DNA of 64,000 nt from assembly GCA_902489795.1 (NCBI GenBank), contig CABUBU010000004.1, positions 817 to 64,816 of the forward strand, written 5' to 3'. Source of the stretch: an uncultured Azospirillum sp. (GTDB taxonomy: Bacteria > Pseudomonadota > Alphaproteobacteria > RF32 > CAG-239). The position numbers and the translations under genes are program-made. Below, piece by piece: positions 1 to 9,617 of the stretch. Numbering within the stretch: the first letter of the stretch is position 1; each line of letters opens with the position of its first letter. The notes beneath the pieces were generated by a model. That model saw only the letters and a list, made by a program, of their open reading frames with translations. It was not told the DNA's origin and searched no databases.

Positions 1-20
1 GACAAGAAGAAAATCCGCTT

Positions 21-878
21 TCAGCGATTGTTGCTGTTGTCTTTGACTATGCCGGCCGGCAGTGAACTAGTCTGAGGTTTGCGCACCCGACGCACTTTTG
101 CCGGCTTAGGCAGCCGCGCTTTCTCCACCCGCTCTTCGCCGCCGCATTCATAAGCCTCCCATTGTTCTCCGGCAGGAGAAACCGGCGTTCCCTCATCGCT
201 GTCGGCGGCGACAGGTTTGCCGTCTTCGTAAAAATCTTCCGTCTGCGCTTTCCCGTTCTCGGCAGCAAGCTCGTCAAGACCGGAAACCGCCGTCTCTTTT
301 TCAGGCACATCAATACGAGAAAGCTCGTCCGCACGGGTCTGATCCGCGGTTTCATGCACATCTTCCATCGCTTTCAGAATTTCCCGGCATTTCAAAGTTT
401 CGTCTTCCACCATCTGATCAAGTATATCCGCCATAACGGCATCTTTTTCATAAAGGTCAAAAACGGCGGTTTCCATATCGCCGGTCAGATGAATTTTGTT
501 TTCCGGAACAACTTCCAGCAGCCTTTCAAAAAAATTGGGTTCTTTCTCCCGCAAGGCAAAATGATGAGTATCCAGCTCATCAAAACCGCGGATGTCAATA
601 TCGTCGGCAAACTGTTTGAAATAATAATCGCCCTGTTTGTTCTGATAAATTGATAAGCCGAACTGGTACATATATTCTTTCAGTGCCTCTTCGATCAGTT
701 CCGGCCGGGAAAGCAGCTCATCCTCGTAATCATAGTCGTCGTCCTCGTCATCAAGATCCCAACGGCCGTATTTTAGCTTTTTGTCTTTGATGCGCTTGAG
801 CTTTTTTTCTTTCAAAAGCCGGCGCATTTTAAACAACCGCTCCATTTTTTTTAAGATTGTCTCTTCTTCCATCGGCAA
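21..878 (-). CDS. hypothetical acidic protein (285 aa)
   Basis: Complete ORF with a K/R-rich N-terminus followed by D/E-rich tracts (DDEDDDYDYEDE). No recognisable family. The overlapping plus-strand ORFs look like shadows. Confidence 0.5.
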   Translation of the reverse strand: MPMEEETILKKMERLFKMRRLLKEKKLKRIKDKKLKYGRWDLDDEDDDYDYEDELLSRPELIEEALKEYMYQFGLSIYQNKQGDYYFKQFADDIDIRGFDELDTHHFALREKEPNFFERLLEVVPENKIHLTGDMETAVFDLYEKDAVMADILDQMVEDETLKCREILKAMEDVHETADQTRADELSRIDVPEKETAVSGLDELAAENGKAQTEDFYEDGKPVAADSDEGTPVSPAGEQWEAYECGGEERVEKARLPKPAKVRRVRKPQTSSLPAGIVKDNSNNR

Positions 879-919
879 AAACTCCCTCGAAATTTGTTTT
901 TAATTATAACACATAAAAA

Positions 920-940
920 GTAAATTTAAACCTAATTTAC
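920..940. promoter_or_regulatory. inverted repeat GTAAATT-N7-AATTTAC, candidate TetR operator
   Basis: Perfect 7-bp arms in the intergenic region upstream of the TetR-family gene and pump operon. Confidence 0.3.
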
Positions 941-1113
941 GGATTTTTGCCGCCCCTTCCCGTTTGCTCAAAACTTTTTCCCGTCCGCGAAAATATACAG
1001 ATGACCGCAACTTTAAAAACAAAAAACAGCAACTATACAAAAGATTTCGCTTGCAATTTTTTTTCTTTCGCTATACATACCTACCGGAATGTATATTTAA
1101 CTTTGAAAAGAAA

Positions 1114-1725
1114 ATGGCGCGCAAAACCCGTGAAGAAAGCGAAAACACCAAAGCTCTGATCTTAAAATCCGCTTTGGACTGTTTTTACGAAAAAGGATTT
1201 TCCCGCACGACTTTTGAAGATATTGCCCTGCGCATTCATCTGACAAAAGGCGCGGTTTATTGGCATTTTAAAAACAAAGCCGAACTTCTGGCCGAACTGA
1301 TTCGTCAGCGCGTTGCCAAAGACCGGGAAGAAATCGGCAGCCAATACATCTCTCCGCGTTCCGTCGCCGAACTCAGGGAATTTTTCCGACGCGAGGCGGA
1401 ACACATCGAAAAAAGTCCGGAAGTGAGGAAATTCATTTTTTTCACCCTATTTCAGGTGGAATGGTCCGACAGTATATTCAACCAGGTTCAGGCCAAAACC
1501 GGGGAAATACACGATTTTCATTTCAAAACGGCCAAACAGGCCTTGACATCAGCTAAAAAAAATGGAGAGATATCTGCTCAAACAGACATCAAAACGGTCA
1601 GCACCCTTGTCGTCAGCATCTGGCGCGGGCTGATCAACACTTATGTATGCAAAGAGGTAAATTTCAGTCTTTCCCGTACTTTTTTGGAAGGATTTGACGC
1701 GGTGATTGAAAAAATCAAAAATTGA
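1114..1725 (+). CDS. TetR/AcrR-family transcriptional regulator
   Basis: N-terminal HTH signature LILKSALDCFYEKGFSRTTFEDIALRIHLTKGAVYWHFKNKAELL. Internal ATG at 1114 chosen within ORF 964..1725. Lies immediately upstream of the RND pump genes. Confidence 0.85.
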   Translation: MARKTREESENTKALILKSALDCFYEKGFSRTTFEDIALRIHLTKGAVYWHFKNKAELLAELIRQRVAKDREEIGSQYISPRSVAELREFFRREAEHIEKSPEVRKFIFFTLFQVEWSDSIFNQVQAKTGEIHDFHFKTAKQALTSAKKNGEISAQTDIKTVSTLVVSIWRGLINTYVCKEVNFSLSRTFLEGFDAVIEKIKN

Positions 1726-1738
1726 AAGGTTAAGGAAA

Positions 1739-2905
1739 ATGAAAGTTGGAAAAATGAGCAATCGCAAAATATTAAGACAAGTCTTTGTCTTATGTTTGTG
1801 TGTGGCGGCCGGCTGGTTTTTAAAAACTAAGCTCAGTCCCCATACGATGACGGCGCCCGCGGGTGCCGGCGGCGATCCGTTCGTACTGGTGGAAGAAGCG
1901 CAATTGAAAGACGTGACGCCCGCCCAGAAATTCATCGGCCATGTGGAAGCCGTCAACGAAGTAAACATCCAGCCGCAGGTAAGCGGTTATCTGGAAAAGG
2001 TGCTGTTCAACGAAGGTTCCGCGGTCAAAAAAGGCGACATTCTGTTTGTTATCGAACAGCAGAAATACATCGCCACCGTCGACCTGCGCAAGGCCGAACT
2101 CGACAAGGCCAAAGCCAGTTTTACCCAGCTGGAAAAAGAATATAAGCGGCAAAAATCCCTCAACCAGCAGAAATTTGCTTCCGAATCCAAACTGGACGAG
2201 GCCTATTCCAACATGCTGCAGGCTCAGGCCGCCGTCAAACAGGCGGAAGCCAACTACGAGCTGGCCAAAATAGACCTTGAACACACTGAGATTCGCTCGC
2301 CGATCAACGGTTACATCGGCAAGGCCATGATCACCGTCGGCAACTACGTCAGCACATCAAGCGGCACCCTGGCCAACATCGTACAGACCGACCCGGTGCG
2401 CATCGTCTTTTCCGTCACCGATAAGGAAATGCTGAATTTAAGACAGGACTATGACAAACGCGGCGGCGAAGTATACAGCAAAATCATTCTCGCCAACGGC
2501 AAGGTCATCAAAAAACCGATTCTTTCCCGCTTCAACGACAACTCGATCAACACCGGCACCGCAACCATGTCGGTTTATTCCGAATTCGAAAACAAGGACG
2601 ACATGCTGATCCCCGGCGGCTATGTCGACATCATGATCGGTTCCGGCCCCGAGAAAAACGCGGTTGTCATTTCTCAGGCGGCGTTGGCGCAGGACGAACA
2701 CGGAAACTATGTCATGATCGTTAACAAGGACAACGTGGTCGAACAAAGACGCATTGCTCTGGGCGAAATTGCCGACAACCGACAGATTGTCACCTCCGGA
2801 CTGAAAGCAGGCGAAAAGGTTATCATCCAAGGCCTGCAGAAAGTTTCCGACGGCAAGAAAGTACGCACCGGAACGGTTAACGAACAGACCACAGAAGGAA
2901 AATAG
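1739..2905 (+). CDS. RND efflux membrane fusion protein (AcrA/MexA-like periplasmic adaptor)
   Basis: N-terminal TM/signal segment, coiled-coil hairpin region (KAELDKAKASFTQLEKEYKRQKSL ... AQAAVKQAEANYELAKIDLEHTEIRSPINGYIG) and beta-barrel C-terminus. AAGGA RBS before the ATG at 1739. Confidence 0.85.
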   Translation: MKVGKMSNRKILRQVFVLCLCVAAGWFLKTKLSPHTMTAPAGAGGDPFVLVEEAQLKDVTPAQKFIGHVEAVNEVNIQPQVSGYLEKVLFNEGSAVKKGDILFVIEQQKYIATVDLRKAELDKAKASFTQLEKEYKRQKSLNQQKFASESKLDEAYSNMLQAQAAVKQAEANYELAKIDLEHTEIRSPINGYIGKAMITVGNYVSTSSGTLANIVQTDPVRIVFSVTDKEMLNLRQDYDKRGGEVYSKIILANGKVIKKPILSRFNDNSINTGTATMSVYSEFENKDDMLIPGGYVDIMIGSGPEKNAVVISQAALAQDEHGNYVMIVNKDNVVEQRRIALGEIADNRQIVTSGLKAGEKVIIQGLQKVSDGKKVRTGTVNEQTTEGK

Positions 2906-2908
2906 TTT

Positions 2909-5900
2909 ATGTTTTCGAGGATTTTTATTGAACGACCTCGTTTTGCGATGGTCATTTCGATTGTGCTGACACTTGCCGGCGCAATCGCTGCCTTCTCGCT
3001 GCCGATCACGCTTTATCCGGAAATTACTCCGCCGACCATCAGGGTTTCGGCTGTTTACCCCGGCGCCAGTGCCGAGGTTATCGCCAACACGGTGGGGATT
3101 CCGTTGGAAGAAACGATCAACGGCGTGGAAGACATGCTTTACATGGATTCGTCTTCGGACGCAACCGGCAGCTACGGTCTGACGATCACCTTCAAGGTCG
3201 GCACCGATCCCGATATGGCGCAGGTCAAGGTGCAAAACCGCGTGTCTCAGGCATTGAGCAAACTGCCGGCGGAAGTTCAGCAGCAGGGCGTTACCGTCAG
3301 CCGCCGCTCTTCCGACCAGCTGGGCTTTTTGACCGCCCGTTCACCCAACGGCACCCATGACACGTTGTTCCTGAGCAACTACGTTCAGAACAACATCAAG
3401 AAAAACCTGATCAGAGTGGACGGCGTCGGCGAAGTCAACGTTTACGCCCCGCCTTTGTCCATGCGCGTATGGCTCGACGCCAACAAGATAACCGCTCTCA
3501 ACCTGCCGGTATCCGCCATCCAAGCAGCAATTGAAAGCCAGAACATCCAGCCTTCGCTGGGTAAGGTGGGTTCCATGCCGGGCGACGGTTCTCAGCAAAT
3601 GGTCTATGCTCTGCTCAGCAGCGGCCGTATCAACAACGTTGAAGAGTTTAAGCAGATCATCGTCCGCACCGATGAAGAAGGCGGCCTTGTTCGTTTGGGC
3701 GACGTTGCCAGGATCGAAATCGGTCAGGAAGACTATAATGCGGAATCTCAGTTCGACGGCGCTCCTTCGGTAGCCATTGCCGTCAACATGCTGTCTGGGG
3801 CAAACGCCATCAACGCGATGTCCAACCTGCGTGCGGAAATGGCTCGTCTGGAACAGTTCTATCCCGACGATATGGAAATTTTCATAGCCTATGACGCTAC
3901 CGAGTACATCACGTCATCAATCGAAGAAGTGGTCTTCACCCTGATTCTGACTTTTGTGTTGGTGGTTGCCGTCTGCTATATCTTTTTGCAGGACTGGCGC
4001 GCGGTACTGGTACCAACTTTGACCATTCCGGTATCTCTCTTTGCCACTTTTGCCGTTCTTCTGGCACTTGGTTACAGCTTGAATACCCTGACCCTGTTTG
4101 GTCTGGTACTGGCGATCGGTCTGGTGGTTGACGACGCAATCGTTGTGGTCGAACGCGTTTTGTTCCTGATGGAAAACGAAAAGCTGTCGCCCAAACAGGC
4201 CACAATCAAAGCTATGGAACAGGTGTCGGGGGCGATTGTCGCCACCACTCTGGTACTGTTGGCCATTTTCGTGCCAATCGGCTTTATCGGCGGCATCACC
4301 GGCAAAATCTATCAGCAGTTTGCGGTCGCTATTTCGACGGCGGTTGCTTTCTCATCACTAAACGCCCTGACTTTGTCGCCGGCGTTGTGCGCCACCATGC
4401 TGCGTCCGCTGAAACCGTTCCGGCACGGTCCACTGTTCTGGTTCTCGCGCGCCGTTGACAAGTCGCGCGACCGCTACGCCGGCATCGTCGGCATTGCCAG
4501 CCGCAAGGTCAGCGTCATCGCTTTGATCTTCGCACTTATCGTTGCCGGCATCGTCGCGCTGCTTCATATCAGCCAGACCAGTTTCATCCCGAGCGAAGAC
4601 CAGGGCGCGTTCTTCATCAACATCCAGCTGCCCGAAGGCGCTTCCCGCGAACGGACGGACGCTTTGGTTAAGAAAGTTATCCCGCTGATTCTGGAAGAAA
4701 AAGGCGTCGCACATGCCATGAACATTACCGGACACAGCATTATCGGCGGTTCGGGCGAAAATGTTGCGTTCATCGTCACAATATTAGAGCCATGGGCTAA
4801 ACGTGCAGATAAAAATTTGTATTCAACCAACATTTTGAATCGCATCAAAGCCAAGCTCGATAAATTTCCAGAAGCTAACATAAACCTCTTTGAAATGCCG
4901 GCTATTCAAGGACTTGGCAGCACTAACGGTATGGATTTCCGTTTACAGGCACTCGATTCTCCGGATCCGAAGAAGCTGGACGCCGCTTTGCAGGGCTTCC
5001 TCGGACGCTTAAACCGGTCGCCGTACGTTTCTTATGCGTTCTCGACCTATAACGCGACCACGCCGCACATCTTTGTTGACATTGACCGCACCAAAGCGGA
5101 ATCGATGAAGGTAACCACCGGTGACATCTATACCACTCTCGGCCGGTATTTGGGATCATCTTACATCAACGACGTCAACTTCGGAACTCAGGTAAACCAG
5201 GTAATCATCCAGGCCGACTGGCCGTACCGCAAGGGCGTTGACAACATCAGCAGCCTTTACGTTCAAAACAGCTTGGGCGAAATGGTTCCTCTGGGCGGCA
5301 TGATCAACCTGAGCAAGGTTCTGGCGCCGAGCACCATCGACCGTTACAACCAATATCCGGCGGCAGCCATCAATATTGTCGGCAACCAAGCCTTCAGTAC
5401 CGGCGAAGCCATGAACGCCATCGAACAACTGGCCAACGAAGCCCTGCCGAATGGTTACAGCTATGAATGGTCGAGCATGAGCTATCAGGAAAAGGCCAAC
5501 CAGGGGCAAATCGGTTACCTGATTGCTCTGGCGCTGACTTTTGCCTACCTGTTTCTGGTTGCACAGTATGAAAGCTGGAGCACCCCGATCCCGGTTCTTG
5601 CCTCAGTTTCCGTTGCCATGGTTGGCGCCCTGCTCGGCTTGTTCATTCACGGACTGCCGCTCAGTATTTATGCCCAGCTGGGGCTGATTCTGCTGGTCGG
5701 TCTGGCTGCCAAAAACGCGATTCTGATTGTTGAGTTCTCCAAGGAAGAGCGCGAAAAAGGCACTTCCATCAACAAAGCCGCGATGATCGGTCTGAAAGAA
5801 CGGTTCCGCGCGGTATTGATGACGGCCTTCACCTTCATCCTCGGCACCCTGCCGATGGTGGTCGCCACCGGCGCCGGCGCCAACAGCCGAATCGCCATCG

Positions 5901-6040
5901 GCATACCGGTATTCTACGGAATGCTGGTCGGCACCATGGTCGGTCTGATTATTATTCCGATGCTCTACGTTCTGTTCCAGACGTTGACGGAAAAGGTAAG
6001 CGGACCGGTCAAGGTCAAAAAAGCCAAAAAGCAGGCCTGA
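2909..6040 (+). CDS. RND (HAE1, AcrB/MexB-like) efflux permease, 1043 aa
   Basis: Typical start [24 protein letters not shown], 12-TM architecture with two large periplasmic loops, conserved [10 protein letters not shown] motif. No outer-membrane factor gene follows. Confidence 0.9.
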   Translation: MFSRIFIERPRFAMVISIVLTLAGAIAAFSLPITLYPEITPPTIRVSAVYPGASAEVIANTVGIPLEETINGVEDMLYMDSSSDATGSYGLTITFKVGTDPDMAQVKVQNRVSQALSKLPAEVQQQGVTVSRRSSDQLGFLTARSPNGTHDTLFLSNYVQNNIKKNLIRVDGVGEVNVYAPPLSMRVWLDANKITALNLPVSAIQAAIESQNIQPSLGKVGSMPGDGSQQMVYALLSSGRINNVEEFKQIIVRTDEEGGLVRLGDVARIEIGQEDYNAESQFDGAPSVAIAVNMLSGANAINAMSNLRAEMARLEQFYPDDMEIFIAYDATEYITSSIEEVVFTLILTFVLVVAVCYIFLQDWRAVLVPTLTIPVSLFATFAVLLALGYSLNTLTLFGLVLAIGLVVDDAIVVVERVLFLMENEKLSPKQATIKAMEQVSGAIVATTLVLLAIFVPIGFIGGITGKIYQQFAVAISTAVAFSSLNALTLSPALCATMLRPLKPFRHGPLFWFSRAVDKSRDRYAGIVGIASRKVSVIALIFALIVAGIVALLHISQTSFIPSEDQGAFFINIQLPEGASRERTDALVKKVIPLILEEKGVAHAMNITGHSIIGGSGENVAFIVTILEPWAKRADKNLYSTNILNRIKAKLDKFPEANINLFEMPAIQGLGSTNGMDFRLQALDSPDPKKLDAALQGFLGRLNRSPYVSYAFSTYNATTPHIFVDIDRTKAESMKVTTGDIYTTLGRYLGSSYINDVNFGTQVNQVIIQADWPYRKGVDNISSLYVQNSLGEMVPLGGMINLSKVLAPSTIDRYNQYPAAAINIVGNQAFSTGEAMNAIEQLANEALPNGYSYEWSSMSYQEKANQGQIGYLIALALTFAYLFLVAQYESWSTPIPVLASVSVAMVGALLGLFIHGLPLSIYAQLGLILLVGLAAKNAILIVEFSKEEREKGTSINKAAMIGLKERFRAVLMTAFTFILGTLPMVVATGAGANSRIAIGIPVFYGMLVGTMVGLIIIPMLYVLFQTLTEKVSGPVKVKKAKKQA

Positions 6041-6048
6041 GGATCAAT

Positions 6049-6098
6049 CAGCAACAAAAAACTCTGCAATCTCCGGATTACAGAGTTTTTTTGTTGCT
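6049..6098 (+). terminator. intrinsic terminator after the RND operon
   Basis: Long hairpin CAGCAACAAAAAACTCTG/CAGAGTTTTTTTGTTGCT ending in a T-run. Confidence 0.6.
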
Positions 6099-6180
6099 CA
6101 AAACAGATTTTTGTTTAAAACTAAAAGCCGGGCTGAACCCAATCGACACAATCACCATATCGGAAATAAAAGGAGGAAAC

Positions 6181-6573
6181 ATGAACAAGCTTTTTTACAC
6201 CGCGCTGACCGCCCTTGCCCTTGCCGGCTGTTCACTCAAGTCGGAAATCTGTGGAACCTACAACGGACTGCTGCCGGCCGCCGACGGCCCTGGGATAGAC
6301 ATGACCCTGCAACTTAACGCCAACAACACGTTTGTCAACAAACTGGTTTATGTCGGCGAAAAAGACGGCACCTTTTACGAAAAAGGCACCTACAGCATCG
6401 ACGGCAGCATCATCAAACTGGAAACCGGCAGCGAAATTTCCTATTACAAAAAGGAAAAAGGACAGCTTCGCCTGCTCGACTACGAGAAAAAGGAAATCAC
6501 CGGCGCTCTGGCTGACAATTACATCCTGAAGAAAATCAAAGACTGCGCGGGAAAAGCGGAAAATGGAAAATAA
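6181..6573 (+). CDS. lipoprotein with NlpE N-terminal-like domain
   Basis: Lipobox LALAGC. YNGLLPAADGPGIDMTLQLN resembles the NlpE_N motif Y-x-G-x-L-P-C-A-D-C-x-G-I with the cysteines lost. ATG at 6181 within ORF 6091..6573. Confidence 0.55.
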   Translation: MNKLFYTALTALALAGCSLKSEICGTYNGLLPAADGPGIDMTLQLNANNTFVNKLVYVGEKDGTFYEKGTYSIDGSIIKLETGSEISYYKKEKGQLRLLDYEKKEITGALADNYILKKIKDCAGKAENGK

Positions 6574-6781
6574 AGAACCGGAATTAAAAGAGGAAGAACG
6601 GCAGAAATGTGAAATATGGACCCGCATCATGGGCTATTTTCGTCCGCTTTCCGTTTTTAATCCCGGCAAAAAATCCGAATTCCGCGCACGGCAGTATTTC
6701 AACGAAAAAAAAGCGCTGACGCCGGTAGAAAAAGACGCCGCCTCCCGGGCAAAAGAACCGTCTCTTTCAGACAAGCTGTAA
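6563..6781 (+). CDS. 72-aa protein resembling only the extreme C-terminus (glycyl-radical loop) of class III ribonucleotide reductase NrdD
   Basis: CEIWTRIMGYFRPLSVFNPGKKSEFRARQYF matches the NrdD C-terminal pattern R-x-x-G-Y-x-R-P-x4-N-x-G-K-x-x-E-F-x-x-R. There is no catalytic barrel. Confidence 0.5.
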   Translation: MENKEPELKEEERQKCEIWTRIMGYFRPLSVFNPGKKSEFRARQYFNEKKALTPVEKDAASRAKEPSLSDKL

Positions 6782-6942
6782 AAACAACCGCGGAAAAAAG
6801 TCCGCTCCCGCAACAGCAGCCGTAAACAAGAAACGGAACCCCCGCCCCGAGGCGGCGGCACAGCAACCGACTGCAGCGTTTTCCGCCGCTTTTGCCGTAC
6901 CCCGGCATTCAGCAAACTTTTCACCCGCTGTGTTTTTTTGTG

Positions 6943-6976
6943 TTGACTTTTTATTTGAGAATGATAATCTTTCTCA
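6943..6976 (+). promoter_or_regulatory. promoter (TTGACT -35) overlapped by a Fur-box-like palindrome TGAGAA-N9-TTCTCA
   Basis: -35 TTGACT at 6943-6948. Palindrome at 6956-6976 with core AATGATAATC resembling the classical Fur box. Lies ~35 nt upstream of the Fur-family CDS. Confidence 0.5.
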
Positions 6977-7009
6977 AACAGACGACAACCAACATACCGG
7001 GAGCAGATA

Positions 7010-7456
7010 TTGTCCGCATTTGAACAGACATTCAGACAAAAAGGCATCAGCCTCACTTCGTCGCGGCTGGCCATTTTCGAGGTGCTTGAAAACGCCTCCG
7101 CCCACATGACCGTCACCGATATTTTCAATGCTGCCAGACAAAAGGATCCCGGCCTCGGTATGGCCACCGTCTATCGCACCCTCAACATGCTCTGCGACCT
7201 GGGACTGGCGGAAAAGCACGAGTTTCCCAACATCGACGCGGTTTATGAAAAAAACGGCGCCGAAAACGGGCATCACCACCACATCATAGACGCCGACAGC
7301 GGCCGGATAGAAGAGTTTTCCACCGCCGAACTCGACGTTCTGCTGGAAAAAATAGCCCGCGAGCACGGCTATGAAATGCTCGGCCACAAAATCGAAATTT
7401 ACGGAAGGAAAAAAGGAAGAAACGCAGCAACCGGCGTTGCCGGCGAAGGAAAATGA
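7010..7456 (+). CDS. Fur-family metalloregulator (Fur/Zur/PerR not resolved)
   Basis: Winged-helix region SRLAIFEVLENASAHMTVTDIFNAARQKDPGLGMATVYRTLNMLCDLGL and an HHHH metal-site region. TTG start preceded by GGGAG. Confidence 0.8.
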   Translation: MSAFEQTFRQKGISLTSSRLAIFEVLENASAHMTVTDIFNAARQKDPGLGMATVYRTLNMLCDLGLAEKHEFPNIDAVYEKNGAENGHHHHIIDADSGRIEEFSTAELDVLLEKIAREHGYEMLGHKIEIYGRKKGRNAATGVAGEGK

Positions 7457-7642
7457 ATTATATAGAGTTTTCAGGATCCGTCAAAAATATTTCACATCTG
7501 ACAGAAACCATGAAGAGCGCGGCGGATCCTGGAAAATTTTTAAGACCGGAAGGTCTTAAAAATTTACTTAAAGCCTGTCGCCCTGCTTAAAATATTTCAA
7601 AATCGACAGGCTTTTTATTTTGAACAAACAACGGAGACAAAA

Positions 7643-8080
7643 ATGAAAGTAAACATCTTATACGGCAGCGAAACGGGCAATTCGGAAAATCTGGCCGGCG
7701 CGGCGGCAAACGAGCTGAAGAAAGCCGGTTTTGAAGCCGAAGTTCAGGATATGAGCGACATTCGTGCGGCCGATCTGGAAAACATGACGCAGCTTTTAAT
7801 CATCACCAGCACCTGGGGCGACGGCGAACCACCGTCAAACGCCGCCGAACTGCACGACGAACTGTCTGCCGCAAACGTCAGCCTGAGCGGCCTTGCCTAT
7901 GCCGTTTTGGGATTGGGTGAATCCTACTACGACCGTTTCTGCCAGGCGGCCATTGATTTTGATGAATATCTGGCCGCCCTCGGCGCCGAAAGAATCCTCG
8001 AACTGGAAAAGGCCGACGGCGAATTCGAAGACGTCTTTTCCGCCTGGATCGGCAACGTGATTGCCAAACTGAAAGCCTGA
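7643..8080 (+). CDS. flavodoxin (short-chain type)
   Basis: [21 protein letters not shown] phosphate-binding loop (T/S-x-T-G-x-S/T) and [10 protein letters not shown] motif. Confidence 0.8.
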   Translation: MKVNILYGSETGNSENLAGAAANELKKAGFEAEVQDMSDIRAADLENMTQLLIITSTWGDGEPPSNAAELHDELSAANVSLSGLAYAVLGLGESYYDRFCQAAIDFDEYLAALGAERILELEKADGEFEDVFSAWIGNVIAKLKA

Positions 8081-8113
8081 CCGCTTTCAAATATGACAAG
8101 TATAACTTCCTTA

Positions 8114-8148
8114 AAAAATATGCCCGGAATCCGGGCATATTTTATTTT
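8114..8148 (+). terminator. intrinsic terminator after flavodoxin
   Basis: AAAATATGCCCGG-aat-CCGGGCATATTTT followed by a T-run. Confidence 0.6.
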
Positions 8149-8274
8149 CCGGCAAAACTATCATCCATATTTAAAAAAAACGGACAGCCATTATCTACGG
8201 CAGAAGAATGTCTTTTCGCCTGATTTTCCGCCTGACATTCAATCGACAACAACAACACAAGAAGGAGATTATTC

Positions 8275-9543
8275 ATGACAGCACCATTAGAAGGCATAAA
8301 AGTCATCGACATGACAGAAGTTCAGTCCGGTCCGTCCTGCACCCAGATGCTGGCCTGGTTCGGCGCGGAAGTGATCAAGATCGAACGTCCCAGCGGCGGC
8401 GATCCGACCCGCAGCGAACTGACCGACATTCCCGGCATGGACGGACTTTATTATTTGCAGCTCAACAGCAACAAACGCTCCGTGGGGCTCAACGTCAAAA
8501 CACCCGAAGGCAAGGAAATTCTTACCAAACTTCTGCGGGAAGCCGACGTCTTCGTCGAAAACCTGCACCCCGGCGCCGCCGACGAACTCGGCTTTTCCTG
8601 GGAAGAAGTACACAAAATCAACCCCCGCATTGTCTACGGTTCCATCACCGGTTTTGACGAAAACTCGCCTTATGCCAACGTCAAATGCTACGAACCGATT
8701 GCCCAGTGCGCCGGCGGCGCCGCTTCCACCACCGGCTGGTGGTCGGGGGAAAACAACCTTCCGACCCAGTCCGGCGCCGCGCTCGGCGACAGCAACACCG
8801 GCATGCACCTGCTGATCGGCCTGCTGGCGGCGCTGCTCCAGCGCAACAAAACCGGCGTCGGCCAGCATGTGCGCCAGTCGATGCAGGCCTCGGTACTCAA
8901 CCTCTGCCGCGTAAAATTGCGCGATCAGCTGATTTTGGAACACACCGGACGACTGACCAACTATCCGCAATATCCGAACAGCGTTTTCAACGACACCGTT
9001 CCCCGTTCGGGCAACATTGAAGGCGGAGGCGTTTTCGGCTGGTGTTACAAGTGCAAAGGCTGGGAAAACGATCCCAACGCCTATGTCTACATCGTTCTGC
9101 AAAGGGAAGACAAGGCTTTTGAAGCGGCCGCCAAAGCGCTCGGCAAACCGGAATGGATCAACGATCCGAAATTTTCCACCGCCGACGCCCGCGACAAGAA
9201 CAAGGAAGAAATCTACCGGGAAATTGAGCAGTTCACCATCGGCAAAGACAAATTCGAAGCGGTTGCCGAACTGAGCAAGGCTGGCGTTCCCTGCGGCCCG
9301 GTGCTGAGCCTGAAGGAAATCGAAAACGACCGTTCGCTGCGCGAAAACGGCACCATCGTCGAAGTGGAGCAGATCAAACGCGGCAAATATCTGACCGTCG
9401 GCATGCCGATGAAATTTTCCGACTTCACGCCCGAAATCAAAGGCGCGCCCCTGCTCGGCCAGGATACGGACCCGATTCTCGCCGGGCTGGGCTACACTCA
9501 GGAACAAATCGTCAAACTGCGCAACGACAAAGTCGTCGCCTGA
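8275..9543 (+). CDS. frc: formyl-CoA:oxalate CoA-transferase (family III CoA-transferase)
   Basis: Collinear by eye with Oxalobacter formigenes Frc / E. coli YfdW. Shared motifs: [104 protein letters not shown]. Length is similar (422 vs ~428 aa). Confidence 0.85.
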   Translation: MTAPLEGIKVIDMTEVQSGPSCTQMLAWFGAEVIKIERPSGGDPTRSELTDIPGMDGLYYLQLNSNKRSVGLNVKTPEGKEILTKLLREADVFVENLHPGAADELGFSWEEVHKINPRIVYGSITGFDENSPYANVKCYEPIAQCAGGAASTTGWWSGENNLPTQSGAALGDSNTGMHLLIGLLAALLQRNKTGVGQHVRQSMQASVLNLCRVKLRDQLILEHTGRLTNYPQYPNSVFNDTVPRSGNIEGGGVFGWCYKCKGWENDPNAYVYIVLQREDKAFEAAAKALGKPEWINDPKFSTADARDKNKEEIYREIEQFTIGKDKFEAVAELSKAGVPCGPVLSLKEIENDRSLRENGTIVEVEQIKRGKYLTVGMPMKFSDFTPEIKGAPLLGQDTDPILAGLGYTQEQIVKLRNDKVVA

Positions 9544-9617
9544 CAAAACGGCCCTTCCACGGCCGGTTTTTCCCTGCCGCGGATTTTCGCCCGGCATTTT
9601 TTATCGGAGGTAACAAC

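Noticed and set aside
6634-7167. 177-aa minus-strand ORF spanning the nrdD-like/fur intergenic region
   Set aside because: It overlaps the NrdD-like ORF, the Fur promoter/operator and the start of the Fur gene. It has Arg/Cys/Ser-rich composition and no RBS.
8287-9597. Long antisense ORFs opposite strong genes (e.g. 8287..9597, 10362..11321, 24644..25510, 29563..30384, 46699..47697, 48729..49730, 53865..54557, 56005..56754, 61157..61861)
   Set aside because: Each fully overlaps a gene with clear family motifs on the other strand and shows the F/V/G/R/A-rich low-complexity composition typical of reverse-frame shadows in this GC range.
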